64,000 bases of DNA from a bacterium. Lineage in GTDB: Bacteria > JADJOY01. The stretch spans positions 124,001-188,000 of the forward strand of contig JAXLQJ010000001.1 of the NCBI GenBank assembly GCA_046331705.1. Direction: 5' to 3'. Shown here piece by piece: positions 42,687 to 53,162 of this stretch; position 1 is the stretch's first letter; each line of letters begins with the position of its first letter. The translations under genes were made by a program, and so were the position numbers. The notes under the pieces are model-generated. The model saw nothing but the letters and a program-made list of their open reading frames with translations, was not told the DNA's origin and ran no database searches.

Positions 42687-44127
42687 GCTTCGCGCCGCTC
42701 GCGGCTGGGCCGCGGCGCGCGCGCGCTGGCTCGGGCTGCTGCTCGCCTGCGCCGTCGCGGTTCCCGCGCGCGCGACCGTGCCGGGCTTGCTCGGCATCGG
42801 CCCGCGCGGCGTCGCCCTCGGCGGCGCCTACGTCGCATCCGTCGACGACGCCTATTCGATCTTCTACAACCCGGCGGGATTGGCGGCGCTGGAAGGGCCG
42901 ACGGTGGCCCTCGGGCTCTTCGCGATCGATCCCCAGCTCGATCCGTTGCGCGGCGGCGTGGTGGGCGCGGACTCGAACGGCGAGCCCATCTACGGCGACG
43001 TGGACCCACGGGTCGAGCACCAAGTCTCCGCCATCGGCTCGGTGGTGCTGCCGATGACGATCCTCGACGTCCCGGTCGCGGGCGGCGCCCTCTTCCTTCT
43101 GCCCACCGATCACGGTTTCACCATGACCAGCCGCGACGCCGCCGAGCCCGGCTACGCGCGATACCGCCACATGCTCGACCTCATGTACATCTACTACGGC
43201 TTCGGCGCCGAGATCGCGCCCTGGCTCAAGGTCGGCGCCGGCATGCAGATGTACTACACGACCGCCGGCGAGATCGTGTTCGATCTCAACCTCGACGGCA
43301 CGCCCGCCAAGGGCGAGCTCTCGCTCTCGGCGCCGTGGCAGTTCGCGCCCACGGGCGGCGTCCAGCTCGGCCCGTTTCTCGACGGCCTCACCTTCGGCGC
43401 GAGCTATCGCGGCGAGAGCCGTGCGGACTTCGAGGACTTCCACGTCACTCCCGGCGGCGCGGCGGGCGGCGGCATCACCTATGGGTTCGTCGTCGACATC
43501 TTCAACGTGAACGTGTTCACCCCCCAGCAGGCCACCGTCGGGCTGGCGTGGACACCGGACGAGGCGTGGCGCGCCGAGCTCGACGTCACGTGGTCGCAAT
43601 GGTCCGCGTACGAGGACCCGACCTTGATCGTTCACGCCAAGGGCGAGGTGGTGATCCCGCCGCTGCCGCCGGTGCCGATCACCGTCGCCGAGACGATCCC
43701 GCTGCCTTACTCGACGCACGACACCTGGACACCGCGGCTCGGGCTCGAGCACCGCTTCGGCGAGCTCGCCTGGGGCGAGGGCGACGCGAGCGTTCGCATC
43801 CGGCCGAGCCTGCGCGCGGGCTTCTTCTGGGAGAAGTCCCCCATCGGCGCCCAGAGCGGCATCGCGAACCTCGTGGACAACGACCGCTACGTGTGGTCGG
43901 TGGGCGCCGGCGTCGAGCTGCCCCATCCGTTCGGCAGCGACAAGACCTTCGGCCTCGATGCCACCTTTCAGCAATCCATCCTCGGCGACCGCACCACCCA
44001 CAAGGACTCGGAGTTCGTCGATCTCGACGGCGACGGCAACGCCGAGACGCGGGTCCTCGGCTGGCCCGGCTACACCTCGGGCGGCGATCTGATCCAGTTC
44101 ACCGTCGGCGTCACGCTCACCCTCTGA
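42673..44127 (+). CDS. FadL/OmpP1 family outer membrane hydrophobic-compound transporter
   Basis: GPRGVALGGAYVASVDDAYSIFYNPAGL signature; amphipathic beta strands; C-terminal VGVTLTL. Confidence 0.88.
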   Translation: MKIAELRAARGWAAARARWLGLLLACAVAVPARATVPGLLGIGPRGVALGGAYVASVDDAYSIFYNPAGLAALEGPTVALGLFAIDPQLDPLRGGVVGADSNGEPIYGDVDPRVEHQVSAIGSVVLPMTILDVPVAGGALFLLPTDHGFTMTSRDAAEPGYARYRHMLDLMYIYYGFGAEIAPWLKVGAGMQMYYTTAGEIVFDLNLDGTPAKGELSLSAPWQFAPTGGVQLGPFLDGLTFGASYRGESRADFEDFHVTPGGAAGGGITYGFVVDIFNVNVFTPQQATVGLAWTPDEAWRAELDVTWSQWSAYEDPTLIVHAKGEVVIPPLPPVPITVAETIPLPYSTHDTWTPRLGLEHRFGELAWGEGDASVRIRPSLRAGFFWEKSPIGAQSGIANLVDNDRYVWSVGAGVELPHPFGSDKTFGLDATFQQSILGDRTTHKDSEFVDLDGDGNAETRVLGWPGYTSGGDLIQFTVGVTLTL

Positions 44128-44144
44128 GCGCTTGACGAGGCGCC

Positions 44145-44651
44145 GTGGCGCGATTCAGCTTCGAGGCCGAGGCCCACACCGACGTCGCGCGGGCCCGCGA
44201 CGTGGTGTGGGCGTGGATGGCGACGTTACCCGACTCGCTACGGGCCTTTCCGCTCATCCACGACGCCATCGAGATCGAGCCCGAGCGCCGCTACGAGCTG
44301 GTGCTCGGGCCGTTCGGCATCCAGAGCTTCTCGATGGAAGTGCGCGCCGAGATGAACGTGACGATGAGAGCGCCCTCGGAGATGGTTTTCGAGTCGGTGA
44401 GCGGCACCGGCAACACCGACATGCGCGTGACCTTGCAGCTCGAGCGCAGCGGCGCCTCCCACACCCGCGTCGCCGTCGGGCTCTGGGTGTCGCCGCGCGC
44501 CGAGGTGCCGCGGCTCGTGCCGATCGGCATGGTCGCGAAGGCCGCGCGCGCCACCGCCACCCTCGGCCTCGAGCAGGCGCTCGCGAAGGCCAAGCAAACC
44601 CTCGAAGCGAGCACCGCCGCAGGCGACTCCCGATCGCGGCCCAGGTCGTAG
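44145..44651 (+). CDS. SRPBCC/CoxG-like lipid-binding domain protein
   Basis: Size and helix-grip pattern (RDVVWAW...P, C-terminal helix). Confidence 0.7.
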   Translation: MARFSFEAEAHTDVARARDVVWAWMATLPDSLRAFPLIHDAIEIEPERRYELVLGPFGIQSFSMEVRAEMNVTMRAPSEMVFESVSGTGNTDMRVTLQLERSGASHTRVAVGLWVSPRAEVPRLVPIGMVAKAARATATLGLEQALAKAKQTLEASTAAGDSRSRPRS

Positions 44652-44744
44652 CCGCGGGCTTTACGGCCGCCGGTCGCTTCGCGCACCCTCGATCCACACA
44701 CATCGATCCTGGTGCGCCGAGCGCGCACCTCGACGAGGCCAGCC

Positions 44745-45674
44745 ATGGAAGCAACGACGCGGATGCTCGAAGGCAAGGTGGGAATCGTGACCGGCGCGGG
44801 GCGCGGGATCGGCCGCGAGATCGCGCGGATGATGGCGCGCGAGGGCGCCGCGGTCGTCGTGAACGACGTGGGCGCCGCCGCCGATGGCAGCTCCACCGGC
44901 GAGCGACCCGCGGACGAGGTCGTGGCCGCGATCACGAAGGAGCGCGGTCAGGCGGTTGCCAACTTCGATTCGGTGGCGAGCTGGGACGGCGCCCACGCCA
45001 TGGTCGCGCAGGCCGTCGATCGCTTCGGCAGGCTCGACTTCGTCGTCAACAACGCCGGCATCCTTCGCGACGTCATCTTCCACAAGATGACCGAGGCCGA
45101 TTGGGACGCCGTGATCGCCGTGCACCTGAAAGGCACGTTCAACGTCTCGCGGGCCGCGGCCGAGCGCTTCCGCGCCCAAGGCGGCGGCGCGATCGTCAAC
45201 TTCACGTCCACGTCGGGGCTGATCGGCAACTACGGCCAATCGAACTACGCCGCCGCCAAGCTCGGGATCGTGGGCCTCACGCGCTCGATCGCGCTCGACA
45301 TGGCGCGCTTCCAGGTGCGCTGCAACGCGGTGGCGCCGTTCGCGTGGACGCGCCTCACGGCCACCATCCCCGAGGGCCGCACCGACGCCGAGAAGCGTCG
45401 CGTCGAGAACCTCAAGAAGATGAAGCCCGAACAGATCGCGCCGCTCGTGGTGTTCCTGGCGAGCGACGCCGCCCAGGAAGTGAACGGTCAGATCTTCTGC
45501 GTGCGCGGCGGCGAGATCGTGCTCTTCTCCGTGCCGCGCCCGATCCGCGCCATCCACAAGGAAGGCGGCTGGACTCCGCAGACCATCGCCGAGGTCGTGC
45601 CCGCCGCGTTCAGGGCGAGCTTCGTCCCCAATCAGGTCAGCGCCGACGTCTTCCCCTACGAGCCGCTCTTCTGA
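44745..45674 (+). CDS. Short-chain dehydrogenase (3-hydroxyacyl-CoA dehydrogenase / MFE-2-like)
   Basis: TGAGRGIG, VVVNDVG, NNAGILRD and YAAAK. Confidence 0.93.
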   Translation: MEATTRMLEGKVGIVTGAGRGIGREIARMMAREGAAVVVNDVGAAADGSSTGERPADEVVAAITKERGQAVANFDSVASWDGAHAMVAQAVDRFGRLDFVVNNAGILRDVIFHKMTEADWDAVIAVHLKGTFNVSRAAAERFRAQGGGAIVNFTSTSGLIGNYGQSNYAAAKLGIVGLTRSIALDMARFQVRCNAVAPFAWTRLTATIPEGRTDAEKRRVENLKKMKPEQIAPLVVFLASDAAQEVNGQIFCVRGGEIVLFSVPRPIRAIHKEGGWTPQTIAEVVPAAFRASFVPNQVSADVFPYEPLF

Positions 45675-45780
45675 GCGAGCCGAGCGAAGCAGAGTCGCCG
45701 TTCCCAAGTCGCCCCGGGACGAGGCGTTCAGCCGGCGGCGGCGCGATCGACCGTCGCTACGGGCGTGCGATCGCTCCCCG

Positions 45781-45816
45781 CACCCGGGGGCGTGGAGCGA
45801 GCCGCGCCCCCGGGTG
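45781..45816. terminator. GC-rich hairpin between convergent SDR and dodecin genes
   Basis: CACCCGGGGGCG/CGCCCCCGGGTG perfect 12-bp stem (15 bp with a wobble); no U-tract. Confidence 0.55.
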
Positions 45817-45829
45817 AGAGCGCGGCGAC

Positions 45830-46057
45830 TCAGCCCTCGTACTTGAACGACACGCTGACCTTGGCGCGGTAGCCGACCACCTTGCCGTCCTCGAGCTTCA
45901 TGTCGAGCTCGCGGATCTCGGCGATGCGCAGGTCGCGAAGGCTCTTCGCCGCACGCTCGACGGCGAGTCGCGCCGCGTCCTCCCACGACTTGTCGCTGAC
46001 ACCGATCAGATCGATCACTTTGTAAACGCTGTCGCCGCCCTTTTCCTTCTTCGCCAT
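45830..46057 (-). CDS. Dodecin (flavin-binding) family protein
   Basis: SVYKVIDLIGVSDKSWEDAA...YRAKVSVSFKYE; GAGGAG RBS. Confidence 0.93.
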   Translation of the reverse strand: MAKKEKGGDSVYKVIDLIGVSDKSWEDAARLAVERAAKSLRDLRIAEIRELDMKLEDGKVVGYRAKVSVSFKYEG

Positions 46058-46152
46058 GACCTGCTCCTCGTCCGCTGGCCCGTTGGTCAGCTCGGGAGGT
46101 GGGGTTGCGCGCCGGGTCGATGATGCGTGGGGTGGATCACCCCTGGATGCCA

Positions 46153-46167
46153 GCACGTGGCGTGCCG
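46153..46167 (-). promoter_or_regulatory. sigma54-type promoter (CGGCACGCCACGTGC) upstream of dodecin
   Basis: GG-N10-GC spacing; 14/15 identical to the element upstream of the RAYT-like gene. Confidence 0.55.
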
Positions 46168-46606
46168 ATCGTTCGACGATCGCCGAAACCCGGGATTTTC
46201 CGCGCACCAGGATGCTCGTCACCGACTCCCGTCCGCGACGAGTCACCGCGCCGCCACGTTCCGGGCGTCGCGCGTCACGCCCCACGGCGCGGTCGGCGGC
46301 GGGTGAGTAAGCCGAGAACACGGCTTCAGGACGTCCGTCGTCGGATTCGTGGCACCACGTCGACCGGCGCCGCGTCGATCCCGGATCGATGCTCGGGGTC
46401 TGCCCGATCTCGTGACGCTTTCGAGATCGCGAGCGCGAGATCGAATGGGGGCCCATGGATTCGTGGTGAGCGCGCCTGGGCTGGCGCGGCCTCGTTGGCG
46501 ATTTCGTTTGGCTCGATCGCGCATTCGGGCGCAACATCCAGCTGCCGCGAGAGCGACGGTGCGCTGGCGGCATCCCAACCCCCATCACGGAAGAAAGGGC
46601 TCGTAC

Positions 46607-47299
46607 ATGCGGAAGCACACCCGTTTGGCGTTTCATCAGAGGAGATTCGGCATGGCCACGGCGCTCGGCATCGCGCTCGGCTGGTTCGCGGCGATGAGCT
46701 GTGGATCGTCGAACGACGGTTCGAAGACCGTCGCGGGGATCCCGACCGCCCCCGCGACACAGGACCAGGTGGCACGCGGGCGTTACCTCGTGATCGCGGG
46801 CGGCTGCAGCGACTGCCACAACCGCGGCAAGGACGATCCCACCGATCCCAACTGGCTCGCGGGCTTCATCGAAGGAACGCCTGGCCAGCCGTTCGAGATC
46901 GGTCCCTTCAAGACCTATCCCAAGAACCTCACCCCGGACGTCGCCACCGGGCTCGGCGGCGTGAGCGATCGGCAGGTCTTCAACTCGCTGCGCTTCGGGC
47001 TGCACCCCGACGAATCGCCCGACGCGGAGATCACCTCCACCACGCCTGGCGAGGGCAATTTCCCCGCCGAGCCGCATTACCTCGGTCCGCCCATGCCGTG
47101 GCCGGCCATTCGCCACCTGAGCGACGACGACATCTGGGCCGTGGTCGCGTACCTCAAGCACGGGATCAAGGCGGTCTCGAACGCCGTTCCCGAGAGCGAC
47201 GCGCCGCCCGATTTCTGGGCCAGCGCTTACACCGCGGATCTCGTCGGCCCCGCCGCGATCCCCGCGTACCCGACCACCAGCGAAGAGTTCAAACCCTGA
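46607..47299 (+). CDS. Monoheme cytochrome c lipoprotein
   Basis: RGRYLV..GGCSDCH, NLTPD..TGLG and MPW...LSDDD..A..AYLK; lipobox-like AMS-C. Confidence 0.9.
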   Translation: MRKHTRLAFHQRRFGMATALGIALGWFAAMSCGSSNDGSKTVAGIPTAPATQDQVARGRYLVIAGGCSDCHNRGKDDPTDPNWLAGFIEGTPGQPFEIGPFKTYPKNLTPDVATGLGGVSDRQVFNSLRFGLHPDESPDAEITSTTPGEGNFPAEPHYLGPPMPWPAIRHLSDDDIWAVVAYLKHGIKAVSNAVPESDAPPDFWASAYTADLVGPAAIPAYPTTSEEFKP

Positions 47300-47431
47300 A
47301 GCCCGCACGTGCTCGCGCGCCACGGCCGCCCTCGCGGTCGCGGCGTGCGGGCCGGCACCCGCCTCTCGCCGCGCTGGCCTCGCCCCGCGGTGGGCCGCCA
47401 GCCCCGCGCGCCTCGTCTACACTCGCGCGCC

Positions 47432-49387
47432 GTGTACGCGGCTCCCCACGATCCAGCCCCCCACGCGGATCCCCTCGAGCGCGGGCTCGTGGCGCTCGGC
47501 TACGCGGGGTTTCGCCCCGGGCAGCGCGAGGCCATCGAGACGCTGCTCGAGGTCGGCAAGCTCTTGCTGGTGGCGCCCACCGGCGGCGGCAAGAGCCTCG
47601 TGTACCAGCTCCCGGCCACGCTTCTCGGCGGGACGACGCTCGTCATCTCGCCGCTCATCGCGCTCATGCACGACCAGGTGCGCGCGCTCGAGGAGCGTGG
47701 CATCGCAGCGACGTTCCTGGCTTCCACGCTCGACGGCGACGAGACCCGCCGGCGCATGGCACGGATCGCCGCGGGCGGGTTGGCGCTCGTGTACGTGTCG
47801 CCCGAGCGGCTCGTGCTGCCCGGGTTCCGCGCGCTGGCGCGTGACCTCGCCCCGCCCTTGGTGGCGATCGACGAGGCCCATTGCATCAGCGAGTGGGGAC
47901 ACGACTTCCGACCGGAGTACGGCCAGATCGGCGAGCTTCTCGCCGAGCTCGCGAGCACGCGCGTGCTGGCGTGCACCGCCACCGCCACTCCCATCGTCCG
48001 CGACGAGATCCTCGCCAAGCTCGGTCTCGATGCCGCCACACCGCAGCTCGTGCAGGGCTTCGCGCGGCCGAACCTGGCCTTCGGCGTCGTCGAGGTGGAG
48101 TCCCGCCGCGAGCGCGAGCGCGAGGTCGATCGCCAGCTCGGCGAAGCCCTCGGTGCACCGCGCGGCTCGACCGGCCGATCCTCCGGCACCGCGATCGTCT
48201 ACTCGCCCACCCGCCGCGGCGCCGAGGAGGAGGCGGTGCGGCTCGCGGCGCGCGGCTGGCGCGCGCGCTACTACCACGCCGGCCTCGCGCCCGCGGACCG
48301 CGACGCCATCCACCAGAGCTTCGCCGCGGGAGAGCTCGAGATCGTGGTGGCCACCAACGCGTTCGGGATGGGGATCGACCGACCGGACGTACGCGCGGTG
48401 ATCCATCTCGGCCCGCCGGGCTCGATCGAGGCGTACTACCAGGAAGTGGGCCGCGCCGGCCGCGACGGCGCCCCCGCGTACGGCCTGCTCACGGTGATGC
48501 CTGGCGACGTGCCGATGCGCCGGCGGCTCCTCGAGCGCCCCTCGGAGGAGGGCGTCGCCGACCCCGCCGTGCTCGCCCACAAATGGAATCTCTTCCTGGA
48601 GCTCATGCGCTGGGCGCAAGGCGGAAGCTGCCGGCACGACGCGATCCTGCGCTACTTCGGCGACGAAGCGGAGACCCTCGACGGCTGCGGTCGCTGCGAC
48701 GTCTGCCGCGCGCTCGCCAACGGCGCCACCGAGTCCAGCTCCGAGGAGATCACGCTGGTGGTCCGCAAGGCGCTCTCGGGCGTGGCACGAATCCACGGCC
48801 GTTTCGGCCTCAACGCCGCCGCCAAGCTCTTGCGCGGCGTGCCCGATCCGCGGCTCGCGAACGCGGGGCTCGATCGCACCACCACCTTCGGCGTGCTGAA
48901 GGAGCGAAGCGAGCTCTGGCTCATGGCGTTGCTGCGGCGCTGCATGGTGGCCGGCTGGGTGGACCTGAGCGGCGGCGAGCGACCGGTGGCGTTGCTCACC
49001 GACGACGGACGCGCGGTGATGAAAGCCGAGCGCCCGGCGCGTCTGCTGCTGCCTGCGGAGGGTCGCCCACGCGCCGCCGCCAGCTCGGGGTCGTCCGGGA
49101 CGCACGCGCGTGGCGACGGCAAGCGGGCTGCCGCCGACGAAGCGGAGCTCGATGCCGAGTCGCTCAAGCTCTTCGAGTCGTTGCGGGCGTGGCGGCTGGC
49201 GGTGGCGCGAAACGAGCGGGTGCCGCCCTACGTGGTCGCGAGCGATCGGACGCTGCGCGACCTCGCGCGGATCAAGCCGCGCGCGCTGCACGATCTGGAG
49301 CTCGCCCACGGCATCGGACCCGCCAAGGTGGAGCGCTACGGACGGGACCTCCTGGCGCAGATCCTGATCGCCCTCGAGCGGCCGTAA
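47432..49387 (+). CDS. recQ: RecQ family ATP-dependent DNA helicase with RQC and HRDC domains (start uncertain)
   Basis: PTGGGKS, DEAHCISEWGHDFRPEY, AFGMGID, QEVGRAGRDG, Zn-binding Cys cluster and HRDC. Confidence 0.95.
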   Translation: MYAAPHDPAPHADPLERGLVALGYAGFRPGQREAIETLLEVGKLLLVAPTGGGKSLVYQLPATLLGGTTLVISPLIALMHDQVRALEERGIAATFLASTLDGDETRRRMARIAAGGLALVYVSPERLVLPGFRALARDLAPPLVAIDEAHCISEWGHDFRPEYGQIGELLAELASTRVLACTATATPIVRDEILAKLGLDAATPQLVQGFARPNLAFGVVEVESRREREREVDRQLGEALGAPRGSTGRSSGTAIVYSPTRRGAEEEAVRLAARGWRARYYHAGLAPADRDAIHQSFAAGELEIVVATNAFGMGIDRPDVRAVIHLGPPGSIEAYYQEVGRAGRDGAPAYGLLTVMPGDVPMRRRLLERPSEEGVADPAVLAHKWNLFLELMRWAQGGSCRHDAILRYFGDEAETLDGCGRCDVCRALANGATESSSEEITLVVRKALSGVARIHGRFGLNAAAKLLRGVPDPRLANAGLDRTTTFGVLKERSELWLMALLRRCMVAGWVDLSGGERPVALLTDDGRAVMKAERPARLLLPAEGRPRAAASSGSSGTHARGDGKRAAADEAELDAESLKLFESLRAWRLAVARNERVPPYVVASDRTLRDLARIKPRALHDLELAHGIGPAKVERYGRDLLAQILIALERP

Positions 49388-49711
49388 GCCTCCGATCCGG
49401 GTGCGAGGCGGCGTTCGCGCCCGCCGCGGCGCCGATTTTCCGCACCCGCTGCCCCCGATAATCAGGATCGCGACGCGCGTGCCGGCGCCGCGCGACCGCG
49501 CCGGCGAGCCACGAGCAACGCCCACGGGTGTCACCTCGAACACTTGTCGTCTATGCACCGGGCCCCGTTCGTTCCATGCCTTGTAAAGCCGGATCCAGGA
49601 CGGAGACGCGCAGGTTGCTCGGCTCTCATTTTCTGTGAAGCTATTTGAGAAATTGGCAGATTAATCTCCGGTAAATACCTGAAGTCGAGTGCTACGCTCT
49701 TCAGTTGCGCC

Positions 49712-52711
49712 GTGTCACGCGATACCCATTGGAAACCGGGAATGCGGCCCTCCCCTCGATCGGCCGTACGCAGCCGGCAGCGGCTCGCCGCGCACGCGCT
49801 CGCCGTCGCATGTGGCGCGGGCTCGGTCGCGCTGTTGCTCTGGCTGACGGGCCCGGAGCACGAGCGACCGAACCTCGATCTCCTGATCGTGCCGGTGCTC
49901 GGGGTCGCCTATCTGCGCGGGCTGGGGCCTGCCCTGACCGCGACCGTGACGGTGGCGATCGGCAGCGACTACTGGCTGCTCGATCCCGTTCGTCAGCTCG
50001 CGATCCACGAAACGGGCGACCGCTACGAATGGGGCGCGCTCGTCGTTTCCAGTGCGCTGGCCGCGGTGCTCGTGGATCGGCTCCAGCGAGCCCAGCGCCA
50101 GGCGCGCGAGCGCGAGCGAGTCCAGTCCGTGACGCTCGCCAGCATCGGCGACGGCATCATCGCCACCGATGGCGAGGGACACATTCGCTTCCTGAACGCC
50201 GAAGCGCTGCGGATCGTGGGGACGGGCGCGGACCTCGTCATCGGCAAGTCGCTGGGCGCGGTGCTTCCCTGGCTCGAAGGCGCCGCACGTCGGGTCCTCG
50301 ATGACTCGATCATCGAGCCGGGCGGCGCGAGCCCGACATCCCTGGGTGCGACGGTCGAGCGCGAGGGCCAGACGCTCACGGTCGAGACCACCGTGGCGCC
50401 GATCGTGTCCGACGACGGCTCCGTCGAGGGAGCCGTGGTGGCACTTCGGGATCGCACGGAACGGGTGCGGGCCGAGGCCACGACTCGCCAATGGGCGGAC
50501 GCGTTCCGCAACTGCGGCCACGGCATCGGGCTCGGCGACACTGCGAGCGGCAGGATCTCCGCCTGCAATCCGGCGTATGCGGCGCTCACTGGGCGCGAGC
50601 CCACCGAGTTGATCGGCTCGCCGATCCTCGCGCTCTACGATCCGGCCATGCACGACCGGATGCGCGCGGCAATCGCCGAGGCGGACCGCTCGGGGCGCGC
50701 CACCTTCGACACCCGGATGTGTCACCGCGACGGATCGCTGGTGGCCGTCCACGTCGACCTGGTCAGCGTGAAGGAGGCGAGCGGCGAGGTTCGCTACCGC
50801 GTGGCCACGGTGCAGGACACCCGCGAGCGCCAGCAGGCGCAGGCGCAAATGCAGCTTCAGGCGCGCCTCCTCGAGCTCGCGTTCGATCCCCAGATCGTGT
50901 GGGAGCTCGGTGGCGCGATCACGTTCTGGAACGAGGGGGCCGCCGCGCTCTACGGCTTCTCGGCTGCGGAAGCGGCGGGCCGCGCGCTCCACGATCTGCT
51001 CGACACCTGGGAGGAGGGCGGCCGCGACTCGCGTCTCGACGAGCTTGCGCGAACGGGGATCTGGAGCGGCTTGCTCGTACACCGGGCTCGCGACGGGCGC
51101 TTGATCGAGGTCGAGAGTCGTCAGCAAGTGGTGATCGATGCCTCGGGGCGAAAGCTCGTGCTCGAGTCGAACCGCGACATGACGCGGCACCGGCGCATCG
51201 AACGCCAGCTGCGCGAGAGCGAGGGGCGACTCAAGCTCTTCATCGAGCACGCGCCCGCGGCGATCGCGATGTTCGACCACGCGATGCGCTACCTCGCGGC
51301 GAGCAAGCGCTGGCTCACCGACTACCGGCTCCCCATCGCCGACCTTCTCGGTCGCTCGCACTACGACGTCTTTCCGGAGATCGGCGAGGCCTGGAAGGAC
51401 GTGCACCGCCGCGGTCTCGGCGGCGAGGTGATCGTCGCCGAGGCCGATCGTTTCGAACGCGCGGACGGGACCGTCCAATGGCTGCGCTGGGAGGTCCACC
51501 CCTGGTACCAGGTCGACGGCGAGATCGGCGGCATCATCATCTTCACCGAGGACATCACGGCGCGCACGGAAGCGCAGCACGCGCTCGCCGAGAGCGAGCA
51601 GCGTCTCCAGGCGATCATCGAGAACCTCAACGAGGCCACGGTGATCTCGGGTTTGCGCGGGTGGCTGGTGCACTGGAATCGAGCCTCGCTCGAGCTCTTC
51701 GGCTTCCGGAGCAACGAAGAGCTCATGGCCAGCTTCTCGCGACTCCCCGAGCTGGTGCAGTACGTCAGCGCCGAGGGCGACGTGCTGCCCATGAGCCGCT
51801 GGCCGCTCGCGCGTCTGCTCGCCGGGGAAGAGGTGAGGGATCTCGAGCTCACGGTTCGGCGCGTCGGCGCCGGCATCGAGAGGCGGGTGATCGTCAACGG
51901 CCGCCGGATGCGCGCGGCCAACGGCGGCGAGCTCGCGTTCGTCTCGCTTCACGACGTGACCGAGCGCGTGCGCGCCGAGGCCGCGTTGCGCGAGCGTACC
52001 GAGGATCTGGAGCGCTCGAACCAGGATCTGGAGCAGTTCGCGTACGTCGCGTCCCACGATCTCAAGGAGCCGCTGCGCGCGGTGGCGGGCTGCGTGTCGC
52101 TGCTCGAGCGTCGCTATCGCGGTCAGCTCGACGCGCGCGCCGACGAGCTGATCCAGCACGCCGTGGACGGCGCCACCCGCATGCAGCAGCTCATCGACGA
52201 TCTGCTCCAGTTTTCCCGAATCGGCACTCGCGGCGGCGACTTCCGCCCGATCGCGCTCGAGAGCGCGCTCGCGGACGCGGAACGCAACCTGGCCGTGTCG
52301 ATCCACGAGCGCGGGGCAACCATCACCCACGACCCGCTGCCCAGCGTGGACGCGGACTCGGCGCAGATCACCTCGCTCCTCCAGAACCTGCTCGGCAACG
52401 CGCTCAAGTTCTGCGCCGCGACGCCGCGGATCCACGTGAGCGCGCGGCAGGCCGACGGCGAATGGGTGGTGGCGGTGGCCGACAACGGCATCGGCATCGA
52501 TCCCCAGTTCCACGAGCGCATCTTCGGAGTGTTCCAACGGTTGCACACCCGCACCGAGTACCCCGGCACGGGGATCGGGTTGGCCCTCTGCAAGAAGATC
52601 GTCGAGCGCCACGGCGGCCGCATCTGGGTCGAGTCCGCCGTCGGCGCCGGATCACGGTTCCATTTCAGCTTGCCCGCGCGCGACCGAGCGGCCGCTGCGC
52701 CACCGAGGTGA
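49712..52711 (+). CDS. Membrane (DUF4118-like) multi-PAS sensor histidine kinase (alternative start 49742)
   Basis: N-terminal TMs, about 5 PAS/PAC units, H-box QFAYVASHDLKEPLR, and N, G1, F, G2 boxes. Confidence 0.93.
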   Translation: MSRDTHWKPGMRPSPRSAVRSRQRLAAHALAVACGAGSVALLLWLTGPEHERPNLDLLIVPVLGVAYLRGLGPALTATVTVAIGSDYWLLDPVRQLAIHETGDRYEWGALVVSSALAAVLVDRLQRAQRQARERERVQSVTLASIGDGIIATDGEGHIRFLNAEALRIVGTGADLVIGKSLGAVLPWLEGAARRVLDDSIIEPGGASPTSLGATVEREGQTLTVETTVAPIVSDDGSVEGAVVALRDRTERVRAEATTRQWADAFRNCGHGIGLGDTASGRISACNPAYAALTGREPTELIGSPILALYDPAMHDRMRAAIAEADRSGRATFDTRMCHRDGSLVAVHVDLVSVKEASGEVRYRVATVQDTRERQQAQAQMQLQARLLELAFDPQIVWELGGAITFWNEGAAALYGFSAAEAAGRALHDLLDTWEEGGRDSRLDELARTGIWSGLLVHRARDGRLIEVESRQQVVIDASGRKLVLESNRDMTRHRRIERQLRESEGRLKLFIEHAPAAIAMFDHAMRYLAASKRWLTDYRLPIADLLGRSHYDVFPEIGEAWKDVHRRGLGGEVIVAEADRFERADGTVQWLRWEVHPWYQVDGEIGGIIIFTEDITARTEAQHALAESEQRLQAIIENLNEATVISGLRGWLVHWNRASLELFGFRSNEELMASFSRLPELVQYVSAEGDVLPMSRWPLARLLAGEEVRDLELTVRRVGAGIERRVIVNGRRMRAANGGELAFVSLHDVTERVRAEAALRERTEDLERSNQDLEQFAYVASHDLKEPLRAVAGCVSLLERRYRGQLDARADELIQHAVDGATRMQQLIDDLLQFSRIGTRGGDFRPIALESALADAERNLAVSIHERGATITHDPLPSVDADSAQITSLLQNLLGNALKFCAATPRIHVSARQADGEWVVAVADNGIGIDPQFHERIFGVFQRLHTRTEYPGTGIGLALCKKIVERHGGRIWVESAVGAGSRFHFSLPARDRAAAAPPR

Positions 52712-52715
52712 CGTC

Positions 52716-53162
52716 GTGACCAAGCGCGGCCGCCCCATCGAGATCCTGTTGGTCGAGGACAGCCCGAGCGACGCGCTCATCACGCGCGAGGCGCTCGCGG
52801 AGTCGCGTGTGCTCAACTCGCTGCACCAGGTCGACAACGGTGTCGAGGCGATGCGCTATCTGCGTCGCGAGGGGGACTACGCCAACGCCCCGCGCCCGGA
52901 CCTGGTGCTGCTGGACTGGAAGCTCCCGCGAATGAGCGGCGAAGAGGTGCTCGCGGCGATTCGGCAGGACCCTGCGCTCACCGATCTGCCCATCGTGGTG
53001 CTGAGCACCTCGAAGGCCGAGGAAGACGTGCTCACGTCCTATGGACTGCACGCCAACTGCTTCATCACCAAGCCGGTCGAGTTCGGTCGGTTCGTGGAGG
53101 TGATCCGCTCGGTGGGGGACTTCTGGTTCTCGATCGTCACGCTACCCGGAGCAGCGCGATGA
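52716..53162 (+). CDS. Rcp1-like single-domain response regulator
   Basis: ILLVEDS, PDLVLLDWKLP and ANCFITKP. Confidence 0.93.
   Translation: MTKRGRPIEILLVEDSPSDALITREALAESRVLNSLHQVDNGVEAMRYLRREGDYANAPRPDLVLLDWKLPRMSGEEVLAAIRQDPALTDLPIVVLSTSKAEEDVLTSYGLHANCFITKPVEFGRFVEVIRSVGDFWFSIVTLPGAAR

Noticed and set aside
46058-46606. FMN riboswitch or ncRNA upstream of dodecin
   Set aside because: No RFN consensus segments recognisable on either strand.
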